Source: Alphaproteobacteria bacterium
GTDB taxonomy: Bacteria; Pseudomonadota; Alphaproteobacteria; CALKHQ01
Reading direction: 5' to 3'
NCBI GenBank assembly: GCA_965227515.1
Contig: CBDDFZ010000001.1
Coordinates: forward strand, 2,432,001-2,496,000
DNA: 64,000 nt
The notes beneath the pieces were generated by a model. It searched no databases, had not been told where the DNA came from, and saw only the letters and a list, made by a program, of their open reading frames with translations. Made by a program: the position numbers and the translations under genes. Below, one piece after another: positions 45,976-55,665 of this stretch. The stretch's first letter is position 1. The number at the start of each line of letters is the position of its first letter.

Positions 45976-46374
45976 ATGGATATCACACCGCAAACCGCCG
46001 CCGGCCGACAGATCGTGCAACGCTATGGGCCAAGCGGCTTCGTCGTCAGCGGCGAGCGTTACACCGGCTCCATCATCCTGTTGGCGGAGCGAACGGTGCC
46101 GTGGGCCGTGGCGTCCTTCGACGAGCTCGATGAGCCCCGCCTCGATGAAGTTGCGGAGATTGCGGCCGGATGCGAAATCCTGCTTCTGGGAACCGGACCA
46201 TCCGCGCAATTGTTGAAAGCTGCGGCGCGACGGCGTTTGCGCGATGCGGGGATTGTGGTAGATGCGATGGACACAGGTGCAGCCTGCCGGACCTTCAACA
46301 TCCTGCAGGCTGAAGATCGTGCCGTGGCCGCAGCTTTAATTGGACTTAGTGTCGGCAACGTTGATAAATTGTAA
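45976..46374 (+). CDS. Mth938-like (NDUFAF3-like) protein
   Basis: LLLGTG, MDTGAACRTFNIL.AE.R.VAAAL. Confidence 0.9.
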   Translation: MDITPQTAAGRQIVQRYGPSGFVVSGERYTGSIILLAERTVPWAVASFDELDEPRLDEVAEIAAGCEILLLGTGPSAQLLKAAARRRLRDAGIVVDAMDTGAACRTFNILQAEDRAVAAALIGLSVGNVDKL

Positions 46375-46428
46375 GACTTGGTCAAGTCGTTGGTGTTTAG
46401 GCGCTTTTTGCGTCGAATGAGAGGAGCC

Positions 46429-46896
46429 ATGACAAGGACGGGGGCGGTCGCGATTCTCGCGCTGTGCGGAGCGCTGGCTGCATGTGAAACGACGGGATCG
46501 CCGGACGACGGCGTCGACTTCGGCGTCGATGCCGACGTGGAAGGTTCCGACACCGGCATCGCGACGGCGACGGATGGCGGCAGCGTCGAAAGCAGCGATC
46601 CGAACGCGGTCATCAACAACGACCGCATCGTGACCTTGCAGGTTGACGACTATCAGGAGTTCCTGGACGACACGATCCGCGAGTACATCCTGTGCATGCG
46701 CTCGACCACCGTGTCGCTGGACGACGGTACCGGCAGCGTCGACGACTTCGCCGCGCTGGCGCAGCGGCGCTGTGAATCCACTTATCGGACGGCGCACCGC
46801 ACCGCGTCGCTGTTGGAATCCCAAGACAAGATCGTTGGCTTGCGGGGCCAGGCCCTGCAACTGGCCATCGAAACGGCGCTGGCCAACCGGTCCTAG
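46429..46896 (+). CDS. Acidic hypothetical lipoprotein
   Basis: GAGGAG RBS, lipobox LAAC, Asp-rich N-terminal region, two further Cys. Confidence 0.7.
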   Translation: MTRTGAVAILALCGALAACETTGSPDDGVDFGVDADVEGSDTGIATATDGGSVESSDPNAVINNDRIVTLQVDDYQEFLDDTIREYILCMRSTTVSLDDGTGSVDDFAALAQRRCESTYRTAHRTASLLESQDKIVGLRGQALQLAIETALANRS

Positions 46897-46935
46897 CGTT
46901 TCAATCCAGCCAAGGCGGATAGGCCAAGGAGGCGC

Positions 46936-47808
46936 ATGGGCGTGGCGGGCGCGGCGCAACGGCTGTCCTATTGCGCGCGTGAAGTGCGCCGCCACGACTA
47001 CCCTCGCTTCCTGACGACCCTGTTCGCACCGCCACAGGCGCGCGAGGCGCTGTTTGCGGTTCTTGCGTTCAACATCGAGGTGGCAAAGACCCGCGCGGTC
47101 GTCTCGGAGCCCATGCTGGGCGAAATCCGTTTGCAGTGGTGGCGCGAAGCCGTCGAGGAGATCTTCGGCGGTACGGTGCGCCAACACGAGGTTGTGCGCC
47201 CGCTGGCCGATGCCGTCGCCGCCCACAAGCTGGACCAGAGCCTGCTGCACACGCTGATCGACGCCCGCGCCCGCGACCTGGACGATACGGCGTTTGCGAC
47301 CTGGGGTGAGGTGGACGCCTACGCAGATGGCACGGTCGGCGCGCTCCTGTCGCTGTGCGCGCGGATCTGCTCGCCGGCGGAGACCCCGGCTGCCGATTTT
47401 TTGCGTCCTCTCGGTCGGGCATGGGCGCTGGCGGGCCTCGCCATGGCCTATCCGTTTGCCCGGGCCGGCGGTATCGTCCCATTCCCGCAGGAATTGGCCG
47501 CGGAACATGGCGTTACCGGCGCCGGCCTGCGACAGCTCGAACCGGGCGAACCACGGTTGGCGGCGATGACCGAGGCGGTCTGCGACCGTGCCGCGGCGGC
47601 GCTTGACGAGGCGCGCGGCCTGGATACCCAGCGTGGCCGGCGCACCCGCCGCGACAGCCGTGCCGTCGGCCTGATGGCCGTAGTGGTGCGGAACAGGCTG
47701 TCCCAACTGCGCCACGCCGGAAACGATCCATTCAGCCTGGACCCGGACCGCGCCCGCCGCCGCCTGCCACTGCGCCTTGTTTGGGCCAATATGCTCGGGC
47801 GATACTGA
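46936..47808 (+). CDS. Squalene/phytoene synthase-fold protein (NDUFAF6-like)
   Basis: D..RFLTTLFAP...AFN.EVA...SEPMLGEIRLQWW; no clear DDxxD motifs. Confidence 0.88.
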   Translation: MGVAGAAQRLSYCAREVRRHDYPRFLTTLFAPPQAREALFAVLAFNIEVAKTRAVVSEPMLGEIRLQWWREAVEEIFGGTVRQHEVVRPLADAVAAHKLDQSLLHTLIDARARDLDDTAFATWGEVDAYADGTVGALLSLCARICSPAETPAADFLRPLGRAWALAGLAMAYPFARAGGIVPFPQELAAEHGVTGAGLRQLEPGEPRLAAMTEAVCDRAAAALDEARGLDTQRGRRTRRDSRAVGLMAVVVRNRLSQLRHAGNDPFSLDPDRARRRLPLRLVWANMLGRY

Positions 47809-47831
47809 CCGCCGGGGCATACCTGGGAGCA

Positions 47832-49655
47832 ATGATGTTGAAGAAATTGGTATCGGCGGCGGCTTTGCTGCTGGCGGGCATTGGCGCTGAAGCCGGTGCC
47901 GACGACTATGACCGTGCGCGCGACGCCCTGGATCGTGCCGATTATCCGGTGGCCATCGATGCGCTGGCCGACCTGGCCGAGGATGGCGACCACTTTGCCG
48001 GCACCGTGTTGTCCTACCTGTTGATGTCGCGGGTGACGGATGGGGCGACCAACGGTCTGGCGGCACTGGCCTGGCTGGATCGGGCGGCTGAGGACGGCAG
48101 CATCCTTGCCATGCTGCAGAGTGGGCTGATCTACCGGCACGACACCCACGTCTTCACCTATGAGGTCGAGATGATTGCGGCGGGCTATGGCCAGGCCATC
48201 GACTGGTTCGAGCGCGCCGCCAGCATCGGCTGGCCCGAGGGACATGCCCAACTGGGCCGGCTGTATTGGATGGGCCTGCACTCGGAGTTGAATGGAGCGC
48301 TGTCGGCTGAGCAAGAGGTCGCGCTGGCGCTGGAGAACCTGGAAATCGCGGCCCAGGCCGGCATTCCACACGCGCAGGCGTCGCTGTCTTGGCTGGTGCA
48401 GGGCGACGATCCGGACCGCGCGCTCGAGCTGTTGCGCGAGGCTGGCGCGGCTGGAGACGCCGAGGCGTTGGGCCGACTGGTCACGGTGGCGATGGGCCAA
48501 AGCGTGCTCGAGCTGGGCGATCCGGTCGAGGCCTACAAGTGGGTGCTGGCGGCGCGTATCGCGATCGACTTGCAAGGCGACCCACACTCGCCGGTTCTGG
48601 CGATCGTGGGACTTGAGCAGGCGAGCGAACTGGACCCTCTTGCGGCGACGGTGGCGGCCCGGCTGAGTGGCCAGCAACGCGCAGAGGCCGAGGCGGCGGC
48701 CGATGCCCTGGTGGCTGGCTGGATGAGCAACTTCCCATTCGGGCAGCGGCCCGGCCACGACGGCGAGGGAGACTATGCCACGGTGCGCGCGGCCCTGGAG
48801 GTGGCGGACTATCCAGCCGCCATCGACGCCCTGGCCGACATGGCCGAGGAAGGCGATACCCTGGCGTCCACGGTGCTTGCGTATCTGATGATGTCGCGCA
48901 CCACCGGGCCATCGGCCAACGGTTTTGCCGCGCTGGCGTGGTTGGAGAAAGCCGCGGCCGACGGCAGCGCCCACGCGATGCTGACGTTGGGGTTGACCTA
49001 CCAGTACACGCCGGCTGCGTTTGGCCTTCCTCCGCAGATAGAATCCGGCGGCCGGTTTGCGGCTGACTGGTTCCAGCGCGCCATCGACGCCGGCGCGCCC
49101 CTGGGCGACGCGTTCCTTGGCATGGTGTACCGGATCGGCATGCTGCGGATGCTGGGCGAGGAGATCACCGGCGAAGAGGAAAAAGAACTGGCAATTGCGC
49201 ACCTGGGGCGTGCGGCGGAGGCGGGCGTTGCCTTTGCCCACGCGCAGTTGGCTGTCCTTGCGCGTTTCGACGAGGGCAAGGAGGGCATGTTGCGCTGGAC
49301 ACTGTCGGCGGCGGCCTTGGGCGATGGAACCGCGCTGGGCACGCTGGTGGCGGACAGCCAGGGCGACGGCAGGATCATCGGGCTGGAATCGCCGGTCGAC
49401 GGCTATGCCTGGGCGGTCGCCGCGCAGATCGCGATCCAATACCACGGCGTACTGCGCGATGGTGCCTATCTGATGACCGGCGTGGATGCGCCGGAGGACT
49501 TCGACGGTATTGTGCGAGAGCTTGCCGACCGGCTGACACCGGAAGAGCAGGCCGAGGCCGAGGCCCGCGGGCAGGAGATCGCGTCGGGCTGGATGAGCTA
49601 TATGCCCGACGGACCCAGGCCTGGCTTCGGCGGTGGCCTGTTCGGGCGGAATTGA
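47832..49655 (+). CDS. Secreted Sel1-repeat protein with internal duplication (copy 1)
   Basis: Signal peptide; SLR-like motifs (AI.WF.RAA..G...LG..Y); two ~290-aa modules each ending GWMS..P.G.RPG. Confidence 0.8.
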   Translation: MMLKKLVSAAALLLAGIGAEAGADDYDRARDALDRADYPVAIDALADLAEDGDHFAGTVLSYLLMSRVTDGATNGLAALAWLDRAAEDGSILAMLQSGLIYRHDTHVFTYEVEMIAAGYGQAIDWFERAASIGWPEGHAQLGRLYWMGLHSELNGALSAEQEVALALENLEIAAQAGIPHAQASLSWLVQGDDPDRALELLREAGAAGDAEALGRLVTVAMGQSVLELGDPVEAYKWVLAARIAIDLQGDPHSPVLAIVGLEQASELDPLAATVAARLSGQQRAEAEAAADALVAGWMSNFPFGQRPGHDGEGDYATVRAALEVADYPAAIDALADMAEEGDTLASTVLAYLMMSRTTGPSANGFAALAWLEKAAADGSAHAMLTLGLTYQYTPAAFGLPPQIESGGRFAADWFQRAIDAGAPLGDAFLGMVYRIGMLRMLGEEITGEEEKELAIAHLGRAAEAGVAFAHAQLAVLARFDEGKEGMLRWTLSAAALGDGTALGTLVADSQGDGRIIGLESPVDGYAWAVAAQIAIQYHGVLRDGAYLMTGVDAPEDFDGIVRELADRLTPEEQAEAEARGQEIASGWMSYMPDGPRPGFGGGLFGRN

Positions 49656-49678
49656 ATGTGTAACGGGGGGATGCTGCT

Positions 49679-51550
49679 GTGAAACGATATCGGGCGTTAG
49701 GCGCCGCCGTGGCGTTGGTATGTGCCGCTGCAAGCGCGCAGGCAGACGACTACGACCGCGCTCGCGAAGCCTTGGACCGTGCCGACTATCCGGTCGCCAT
49801 CGATGCGTTGGCGGATCTTGCGGAAGCCGGCGACACGCTGGCGGCGACCGAGCTGGGCAACCTGTTGCAGACACGGGTGGCCGATGGCTCCCGGCACATC
49901 ATGGCATCGGTGGCGTGGTTCAGCCTCGCGGCCTACAACGGCAGCGTTCACGCCATGCTGGAGAACGGACTGCTGTTCCAGTACCGCGCGCCCGAGCTGG
50001 GCTACGACACGCGGAACATGGCGGCTGGCTATTTCCGTGCCATCGACTGGTATCAACAGGCCATCGATGCCGGGTCGCCGCTCGCGCAGGCCTATCTCGG
50101 CAGGCTCTATCGCCTGGGTCTGCATTCCTCCATGAACGATGCGATAACGCGCGACGAGGAAGACGCGTTGTCGGCGGAATTGCTGGCCATCGCCGCGGAG
50201 GCCGGCGTGCCCGTGGCCCAGGGCACGCTGGCATTCCAGTCCTCGCGCAACGATCCGGCGGCGGCGATGGCGCTGGCCCGACAGGCGGCAGAGAGCGCCG
50301 ACCCCACGGCGTTGGGCGTGCTGCTGGAGGCCGCCCATCCGCGCGAGGGCCGGGTAAGCCCGATGACGCCGGTCGAGGCCTATGCCTGGGGCCTGGCGGC
50401 GCGCGTGGCCATGGACTACCAGGGCTCGGCGCGGCCGACGATGCTGTTTGCCCTCGGCATCAGGTCCGGCGAGGAATTCGATGCCACCGTCGCCGACCTG
50501 GCCGCCCCGCTGAGCGACGTGCAACGCGCCGAAGCGCAGGCGATGGCCGACGACATCACCGCCGGCTGGATGAGCTACATGCCCGGCGGACCGCGGCCGG
50601 GCCATGACGCCGACGGCACCTACGCCTCGGTCCGCGCCGCTCTGGAGGCGGCCGACTACGCCACCGCCATCGACGGATTGGCCGATATGGCGGAAGCCGG
50701 CGACAATCTGGCCGCGACGATGCTGGCTGAGCTGCTGCTCTCGCGCGCCACGCTGGACGACAACAACGGCCTCGCGGCGGCCGCCTGGCTGGAAATGGCG
50801 GCGGACAGGGGCAGCGTGCATGCCATGCTGCAACTGGGCGACCTGAACCAGAACCATCCGTTCCTGTTCGATGCTGACGTCTCCGATTTGTACGCGCGGT
50901 CACCGCAGGCGCGCGACTGGTATCAGCGCGCCGCTGACGCGGGCGCCCCGTTGGGCTTGGCGCACCTTGGCATGCTGCATCGCCTCGGGGTCCTTTCGCG
51001 CATGGACGAGACCATGGAATTCGAGCAGGAGGCCGAAATGGCGCGCCAGTTCCTGAGCGAGGCGGCCGACGCCGGCATTCCGTTCGCCATATCGACACTC
51101 GGCGTCATGGCGCGCCGCGACAGCAAGGAAGAGATGCAGGCGCTGATGCACCAGGCGGCGGAACTGGGGGACCCGTTGGCCATCGGTCATTTCGTGGGCG
51201 ACGTGGTGCGCGACGGCAGCATCATGGATTTCAACGATCTGCGGGAGGGCCTGGTCTGGGCGGTGGCGGCGGAATTCGTCATCGTGAACCTCGGCGATGC
51301 GCGGTCGCCGGCCTTCATCATCCTCGGCATCGAGAAGGCGAGCGAGTACGGCCCAATCCTGGCCGAGATCTCAGCGCTGGTGACGCCGGAGGAGCGCATG
51401 GCCGCCTATGCCCGCGCGGAGGAGCTGACGGCCGGCTGGATGAGCTACATGCCGAACGGACAGCGTCCCGGCTTCGAGAACGATGCCGCGACACAAGGCG
51501 AGGCCCCGGCGGAGGAACAGTCGAGCGGCGGCCTGTTCGGCCGGGATTAG
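49679..51550 (+). CDS. Secreted Sel1-repeat protein with internal duplication (copy 2)
   Basis: Same architecture; begins ADDYDRAREALDRADYPVAIDALADLAE like copy 1 and ends GGLFGRD. Confidence 0.8.
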   Translation: MKRYRALGAAVALVCAAASAQADDYDRAREALDRADYPVAIDALADLAEAGDTLAATELGNLLQTRVADGSRHIMASVAWFSLAAYNGSVHAMLENGLLFQYRAPELGYDTRNMAAGYFRAIDWYQQAIDAGSPLAQAYLGRLYRLGLHSSMNDAITRDEEDALSAELLAIAAEAGVPVAQGTLAFQSSRNDPAAAMALARQAAESADPTALGVLLEAAHPREGRVSPMTPVEAYAWGLAARVAMDYQGSARPTMLFALGIRSGEEFDATVADLAAPLSDVQRAEAQAMADDITAGWMSYMPGGPRPGHDADGTYASVRAALEAADYATAIDGLADMAEAGDNLAATMLAELLLSRATLDDNNGLAAAAWLEMAADRGSVHAMLQLGDLNQNHPFLFDADVSDLYARSPQARDWYQRAADAGAPLGLAHLGMLHRLGVLSRMDETMEFEQEAEMARQFLSEAADAGIPFAISTLGVMARRDSKEEMQALMHQAAELGDPLAIGHFVGDVVRDGSIMDFNDLREGLVWAVAAEFVIVNLGDARSPAFIILGIEKASEYGPILAEISALVTPEERMAAYARAEELTAGWMSYMPNGQRPGFENDAATQGEAPAEEQSSGGLFGRD

Positions 51551-51620
51551 GGGTTGCTTTCGATCCGTTGCAAAAATTGGAGGCGCCGCGACCGTTGCTC
51601 TATCCTGCAACAAGGAGAAG

Positions 51621-51801
51621 TTGTCGTCCTCGCCCTTGTGGCGAGGACCCATTCTTGTCCAGCACGCGAATAGGTCAAAGCGAGCAGATATTGAAGATGG
51701 CGGGCGGCTGGACGCGATGGCCTACGCCTCCAGCTTCGATCGGCACTGGCCCGAACTGCCCCGCAAATGGGCCCTCGCCACAAGAGCGAGGGCGACGACA
51801 A
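51621..51801. repeat. CGTC-type REP doublet (GTCCTCGCCCTTGTGGCGAGGAC family)
   Basis: TTGTCGTCCTCGCCCTTGTGGCGAGGACCCATT ... AATGGGCCCTCGCCACAAGAGCGAGGGCGACGACAA inverted pair between convergent genes. Confidence 0.8.
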
Positions 51802-51822
51802 AATTCTTGCAGACTCTCTGCT

Positions 51823-53205
51823 CTACTCCGCCGCCGCGCGGTCGGGGCTGAGCCAGCCGTCGAGGTCGGCCAGCGCGCGCGCCGACAGCGCCACCTTGCG
51901 GTCGCGGCCCCGGATGCGGCCCTTCTTCGGCCCGTCGTCGCCGGGCAGCGGCGGGAACAGGCCGAAATTGACGTTCATCGGCTGGAACGTGCGTTCGTCC
52001 GCCCCGCCGGTGATGTGCGCCAGCAGCGCGCCGAGTGCCGTGGTCGGCGGCGGTGCCGGCTGCTCGGTGTCCAGGCGTTCGGCGGCGGCGAAGCGGCCGC
52101 ACAGCAGCCCGATGGCCGCGCTCTCGATATAGCCTTCCACGCCGGTGATCTGGCCGGCGAAACGCAGGCGCGGGTCGGCTTTCAACCGGCAGGTGCCGTC
52201 CAGAAGCTTCGGCGCGTTCAGGAAGGTGTTGCGGTGGATGCCGCCCAGCCGCGCGAACTCGGCGTTCTCCAGGCCCGGGATCATGCGGAACACGCGCGCC
52301 TGCTCGCCGTACTTCATCTTGGTCTGGAACCCGACGATGTTGTAGAGCGTGCCGAGCGCGTTGTCCTGGCGCAGCTGCACCACCGCGTGCGGCCGCCGTT
52401 CGGTATGCGGGTCGGTCAGCCCGACCGGCTTCATCGGCCCGAAGCGCAGGGTCTCGCGGCCGCGCGACGCCATCACCTCGATCGGCAGGCAGCCCTCGAA
52501 ATAGGGCGTGTCGCGCTCCCAGTCCTTGAATTCGGTCGCTTCCGCCGCCAGCAGGGCGTCGATGAACGCCTCATAGCCCGGCCCGTCGAGAGCGCAGTTG
52601 ATGTAGTCGGCGCCGTCGCCCTCCGGCCCCACCTTGTCGTAGCGCGACTGGCGCCAGGCGCGGCTCATGTCGATGCTGTCGGCGTGCACGATGGGGGCGA
52701 TGGCGTCGAAGAACGCGAGGGAGGCCTCGCCGCTCAGTTTCCGGACCGCCTCGGCCAGGCCGGGCGCGGTCAGCGGGCCGGTCGCCACGATGACGCTGTC
52801 CCAGTCTGCCGGCGGCAGGCCGTCGACCTCCTCGCGCACCAGGGTGACCAGGGGCTCGGCCTCCAGCGCCTCGGTGACCGCATCGGCGAAGCGGTCGCGG
52901 TCCACCGCCAGCGCGCCGCCTGCCGGCAGCTTTGCGGCATCGCCGCAGCGCATGATCAGCGAGCCCGCGCGCCGCAGTTCCTCGTGCAACAGGCCGACCG
53001 CGTTGTGCTGCGCATCGTCGGACCGGAACGAGTTGGAGCAGACCAGCTCGGCGAGCTTGCCGGTCTGGTGCGCCTCGGTGCCGCGCACCGGGCGCATCTC
53101 GTGCACCACCACTGGCACACCGGCGCGTGCGATCTGCCACGCGGCCTCGCTGCCGGCGAGGCCGCCGCCGATGACATGAATGGGTTGGGTCGTTGCTGCC
53201 GTCAT
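51823..53205 (-). CDS. trmFO: tRNA (uracil-5-)-methyltransferase TrmFO
   Basis: [37 protein letters not shown]. Confidence 0.97.
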   Translation of the reverse strand: MTAATTQPIHVIGGGLAGSEAAWQIARAGVPVVVHEMRPVRGTEAHQTGKLAELVCSNSFRSDDAQHNAVGLLHEELRRAGSLIMRCGDAAKLPAGGALAVDRDRFADAVTEALEAEPLVTLVREEVDGLPPADWDSVIVATGPLTAPGLAEAVRKLSGEASLAFFDAIAPIVHADSIDMSRAWRQSRYDKVGPEGDGADYINCALDGPGYEAFIDALLAAEATEFKDWERDTPYFEGCLPIEVMASRGRETLRFGPMKPVGLTDPHTERRPHAVVQLRQDNALGTLYNIVGFQTKMKYGEQARVFRMIPGLENAEFARLGGIHRNTFLNAPKLLDGTCRLKADPRLRFAGQITGVEGYIESAAIGLLCGRFAAAERLDTEQPAPPPTTALGALLAHITGGADERTFQPMNVNFGLFPPLPGDDGPKKGRIRGRDRKVALSARALADLDGWLSPDRAAAE

Positions 53206-53348
53206 GGGGCACGTACATATGCCGCCGGGTGGCGCTGGGCAAGCAGCCTGCGCGCAACGTCAAGTTCAGCGCAGTTTGGTTGGCGTGGCGGCGCGTGGCT
53301 GCTATGCATGCGCAGGGTGATACGGGGGAGAGACTGGAAGGATCGACG

Positions 53349-53918
53349 ATGGGTTACATCGGTATGAGCCTGCCGGCGGCATTCGGTGTCGCGACGGCCA
53401 TCTTCCTCACACAGGCCACGGGCGCGCTGGCGCAGGCGCCGGCACCGCAGACCGGCTTCGTGTCCGAGGTGCGCCTGGGCGTGCTGGCCCATGACATCGG
53501 GCCGCTGGTCGTGAACAACGAGAGCGGCATCGACATCAACGGCGAGGTGCTGTTCAACATCGACGTCGAGTTGTTCGAGGACACCGAGCTGCGCCCGCAC
53601 CTCGGCTTCTCCGCCAACACCGCAGGCGACACCAGCCAGGTCTATGCCGGTGCCACGCTGACATGGTTCCCGGACGAGAACTTCTTCCTGGAGGCCGGCG
53701 GCGGCGGTGCGGTCCACGACGGCGAGACCGAGCCGGTGGCCGCCGACAAAAAGGCGCTGGGGTGCAGCGTGCTGTTCCGTGGCGTGCTGGGCGCGGGCGT
53801 GTTGCTCGGCGACAACCACACCTTCTCGCTGCACTACGACCACATCTCCAACGCTTTCCTGTGCGACCACAACGAGGGGCTGGAGACGGTGGGCGTGCGC
53901 TACGGCTACAGGTTCTAG
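53349..53918 (+). CDS. PagL-like acyloxyacyl hydrolase / lipid A 3-O-deacylase beta-barrel
   Basis: Signal peptide, HISNA catalytic-type motif, C-terminal GVRYGYRF beta-signal. Confidence 0.8.
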   Translation: MGYIGMSLPAAFGVATAIFLTQATGALAQAPAPQTGFVSEVRLGVLAHDIGPLVVNNESGIDINGEVLFNIDVELFEDTELRPHLGFSANTAGDTSQVYAGATLTWFPDENFFLEAGGGGAVHDGETEPVAADKKALGCSVLFRGVLGAGVLLGDNHTFSLHYDHISNAFLCDHNEGLETVGVRYGYRF

Positions 53919-54968
53919 AGCGGGGTCTTTTTTGGAAGAATCGAAAGGGGATTCCCGACTCGGGGGGTAATCTGATTCAACGTGTTGGTCTTGAGAGGAG
54001 GCTGGCGCGATGGGTCGACCCTATTCGAATGATCTTCGTGAGCGTGCTGTTGCTCGAGTGATGGCCGGTGAGACGGTTCGCTCTGTGGCATCCGCGTTCG
54101 ACGTGAGCGTGTCTGCGGTTGTGAAGTGGTCGCAGCGGTATCGGCGCACCGGGAGTGTTGCGCCGGGCAAGGTCGGTGGCCACAAGCGGATCATATTGGC
54201 GCCGCATCGCGACTTCGTGCAGGCCCGTTTGGCAGCCGAGCCGCACCTTCCCTTGCGCTCCTTGCAGCGCGAGCTGGCCGATCGCGGCATCCGGGTGAGC
54301 TACGGCGCGATCTGGCGCTTTGTGCATGCCGAGGGATTGAGCTTCAAAAAAAACCGCGCTGGCCAGCGAGCAGGATCGTCCCGACGTGGCACGGCGGCGC
54401 GCGCGCTGGAAGCGTCATCAGGCAAAGCTTGATCCCGCCCGCCTGGTCTTCATTGACGAGACCTGGGCCAAGACCAACATGGCGCCGTTGCGGGGCTGGA
54501 GCCGGCGCGGTCGTCGCCTCGTCGGCAAGGCTCCGCACGGCCGCTGGCGCACCCTGACCTTCCTCGCTGCTCTGCGCTGCGACCAGCTCACCGCACCGTG
54601 CGTCTTCGACGGCCCGATTAACGGTCAGGCCTTCCTCGCCTATGTCGAGCAAATCCTGGTGCCGACGCTCAAACCCGGCGACATCGTCATCATGGACAAC
54701 CTGGGCAGCCACAAGGGCAAGGCCGTACGGGCCGCCCTGCGCCAAGCCGGCGCAAGGCTGCTCTTCCTGCCGCCCTACAGCCCCGACCTCAATCCCATCG
54801 AGCAGGTGTTCGCCAAGCTCAAGCACCTGCTCAGGCGCGCCGCAGAGCGCACCATCGACGACACATGGCGGCGTATCGGAAAACTACTCGACGCGTTCCA
54901 GCCACACGAATGCAACAACTACATCGTCAATGCAGGATACGCTTCCGCATAAAACGATCCCGCTCTAG
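53915..54968 (+). mobile_element. IS630-family insertion sequence
   Basis: Terminal IRs TAGAGCGGGGTCTTTT / AAAACGATCCCGCTCTA, CTAG at both ends (TA duplication), split transposase. Confidence 0.93.
54010..54952 (+). CDS. IS630 transposase (HTH ORF 54010-54432 plus DDE ORF ending 54952, joined at an A8 run)
   Basis: MGRPYSNDLRERAV HTH; LVFIDET, MDNLGSHK, PYSPDLNPIE catalytic motifs; A8 at 54346-54353. Confidence 0.9.
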
Positions 54969-54977
54969 TATCCCCCA

Positions 54978-55010
54978 TTGTCGTCCTCGGCCTTGTGCCG
55001 AGGACCCGTT
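54978..55010. repeat. Single CGTC-type REP next to the IS right end
   Basis: TTGTCGTCCTCGGCCTTGTGCCGAGGACCCGTT, same family as 51621. Confidence 0.75.
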
Positions 55011-55139
55011 TGCGCGCTGGGGCTGGAGACGAGCCTGGTTTGCTCGACGCTTGCGCGGATCGGGGCCGACTCAGCGTAAGCGAAAAACGATCCAGCCAGT
55101 CAAATTCCGACCATGTTTGCGTGCCAGCCTGGGCGGATC

Positions 55140-55571
55140 ATGACCGAACCAGATGGAGACGGGCGCGTGCGCACCACCCTGCTGCCCTTGCTGTCGTGCC
55201 TATTGGCGCTGGCGCTCGCCGGCTGTTTAAGCAGCCGGACCCAAGCCAACTACCAGGCCCAGCTCAACAGCTATGTCGGCCAGCACGTCGACGCGGTGGT
55301 GCTGCAATTGGGGCCGCCGGACAGCTCGTACCAGTTGGCGGACGGCCGCTGGATCCATGAGTGGGAGGAGGAACGCACGCAGCAGTCGTTCACCCAGGCG
55401 TTGCCGCGCACCCAGGTGCTGTACGACAGCGACGGCAACCCGGTGCCCATCACCAGCGGCATCACCACCCAGCCGACCACCCGCACCTACAACTGCACCA
55501 CCCGCATCGTGGCCGACAACAAGGGCACGGTGCTGTCGTGGACGGCCGACGGCAACGACTGCCGGTCCTGA
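55140..55571 (+). CDS. Hypothetical lipoprotein
   Basis: Lipobox LAGC; LNSYVGQ...LGPP...; C-terminal Cys pair. Confidence 0.75.
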   Translation: MTEPDGDGRVRTTLLPLLSCLLALALAGCLSSRTQANYQAQLNSYVGQHVDAVVLQLGPPDSSYQLADGRWIHEWEEERTQQSFTQALPRTQVLYDSDGNPVPITSGITTQPTTRTYNCTTRIVADNKGTVLSWTADGNDCRS

Positions 55572-55665
55572 CGCCGGCCCGAAAAGCGCCTGCGATTGGG
55601 GGTGAATTTCACCCGGCGCGGTGCCAAACTGTGGCCACCGAGAACCCCGGGGAGGACGGCGAGCC

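Noticed and set aside
46936-47808. Terpenoid (hopanoid/carotenoid) biosynthesis cluster
   Set aside because: The protein lacks clear DDxxD motifs, has no crt/hpn neighbours and sits at the conserved NDUFAF6-like position
54010-54952. IS630 transposase as a frameshifted pseudogene
   Set aside because: The break falls on the poly-A run at the usual HTH/DDE junction, and IRs and catalytic residues are intact
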